DNA of 54,202 nt from a virus (lineage: Duplodnaviria > Caudoviricetes). The stretch is taken from IMG/VR virus record IMGVR_UViG_3300036859_000099, positions 1 to 54,202 of that record; one strand, 5' to 3'. Below are positions 53,189 through 54,202 of this stretch, piece by piece (the first letter of the stretch is position 1; each line of letters begins with the position of its first letter). The position numbers were made by a program, and so were the translations under genes. A model generated the notes under the pieces. That model saw only the letters and a list, made by a program, of their open reading frames with translations. It did no database searches and was not told where the DNA came from.

Positions 53189-53419
53189 CTAGCGAGGCGC
53201 CGCGGCCCCCGCATCTCGGGCCTCCGAGCTACGCACACCCCTCGGCGGGCCCGCTACCGCCGAAGCTCTTGGACTGCTGATGATCCGATATCCCGCCCTG
53301 GATAGATGCTCCGTGAACTGTTCCGCCGCGCGCAGGCCATTTCCTGGCGAGTAGCCGAGACCTTCGGCAATGGCGGAGAGTTTTTGGTGATAGCGGGATG
53401 ATGGGCGGACGAGGGTCAT
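53189..53419 (-). CDS. Hypothetical protein
   Basis: GGAGGTGAGG RBS. Confidence 0.5.
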   Translation of the reverse strand: MTLVRPSSRYHQKLSAIAEGLGYSPGNGLRAAEQFTEHLSRAGYRIISSPRASAVAGPPRGVRSSEARDAGAAAPR

Positions 53420-53607
53420 GACCTCACCTCCACCCATTCCGTTGGATGCCTCTTCCTGCTGGCGTGGACGGCGGAAATGGCCGAGGCAAGAGGATCGGGT
53501 TGGTCGTATTTCTTGGCGAGGGCTTGAAGCGCCTCGCGAAGATCGGTCAGGAACTTTTGGCGCTCCGGGGAAAGGCGTTCTGGGGGCATCATCACGTTCG
53601 CCTCCAC
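53416..53607 (-). CDS. Hypothetical protein
   Basis: Coupled in operon. Confidence 0.5.
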   Translation of the reverse strand: MEANVMMPPERLSPERQKFLTDLREALQALAKKYDQPDPLASAISAVHASRKRHPTEWVEVRS

Positions 53608-54092
53608 ATGCTTGTTGCAAGACCCCGTGTGCCGTTGTTCGGCGCGATTACACCGGCCCCGGTTGGCGGTACGCGATACCTTGCTCCGCTGGTATCTACG
53701 CCGTAGCCGGCAAGCTGCCTCTTGACTTGGCGCTCACAGATGCCAACACGCCGGCCAATGGTCCTTAGATCGAGACCAAGGCCCCATAGGTGCAGCAGAC
53801 GTGCGCGTCGCTCATCGAGTTTGCGCTTGCGTGCAGCGGCGGCGTCACGCTTGGCGGCCTCATGCTCAGGAAGCTTGCGCGGCTTCGGTGGCTCCAATCC
53901 CTTCCGGCGTCGCCCCCGAACACTTAGGATCGGCCTTGGCGGTCGCAGCAGATCACGCGCCTTGGCTGCCTCCCTGATGCGCTCGACTGCCACACCGCAC
54001 TCGCGCCCGATTTTCAGAAGCCCCACGTACGGATCGACCTGCACCCAAAGTTTAAGGGCGCGCTTGAGATCGCCGCCTCTGCCGCCGCTCAT
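53592..54092 (-). CDS. Basic protein with two HTH-like segments
   Basis: LLKIGRECGVAVERI and LRTIGRRVGICERQV. Confidence 0.65.
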   Translation of the reverse strand: MSGGRGGDLKRALKLWVQVDPYVGLLKIGRECGVAVERIREAAKARDLLRPPRPILSVRGRRRKGLEPPKPRKLPEHEAAKRDAAAARKRKLDERRARLLHLWGLGLDLRTIGRRVGICERQVKRQLAGYGVDTSGARYRVPPTGAGVIAPNNGTRGLATSMWRRT

Positions 54093-54202
54093 AGCTTTGC
54101 CTCCTGCTCGCGGCGCTTGCGCAGCTCGGCCATCCGGATGGCGATTTGAATGGGCGCCTCGGCGGCCCAGGAATTGCGCGCGTTGCGCTTCAGCATCCCG
54201 CG
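54076..54202. repeat. Terminal direct repeat, identical to 1-127
   Basis: Exact sequence identity. Confidence 0.97.

Noticed and set aside
54076-54202. 127-bp repeat as a biological terminal repeat
   Set aside because: The length equals a common assembler k-mer and the repeat falls within coding sequence, so it indicates circular assembly.

Overview
The window is a complete circular genome of a temperate phage. Bases 1-127 repeat exactly at 54076-54202, giving a unit length of about 54,075 bp. High GC content, an Omp25/RopB-like porin and the tRNA-Val attP point to an alphaproteobacterial (Hyphomicrobiales-like) host. No tape-measure or sheath gene is visible, so the virion is probably a podovirus. 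Layout: (1) a lambdoid cI/cro switch with five 15-bp operators; (2) a rightward early operon with an iteron-bearing initiator, a DnaB/Twinkle-like helicase, a dual-frame C5 methyltransferase and a porin; (3) terminase, portal, scaffold and capsid, then a glycosyltransferase pair, internal/ejection proteins, tail genes and lysis genes; (4) a divergent accessory block with a Hin/Pin-type serine recombinase coupled to an intact TnpB and its omegaRNA; (5) attP carrying the 5' half of tRNA-Val(GAC), the integrase and a leftward recombination operon. The strongest candidates for undescribed biology are a terminal R-[E/R/Q]-R-L-x-x-A-M peptide shared by seven otherwise unrelated proteins of the internal-virion region (possible capsid cargo-loading tag), a CDI-like glycosyltransferase plus methyltransferase-Maf/DUF115 fusion inside the head operon (possible virion glycosylation), a consensus chromosomal parS site with no phage parAB, 5'-half tRNA integration with a phage-supplied promoter, and tRNA-like structured RNAs. 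All functional calls come from motif recognition by eye; no database searches or folding programs were run.
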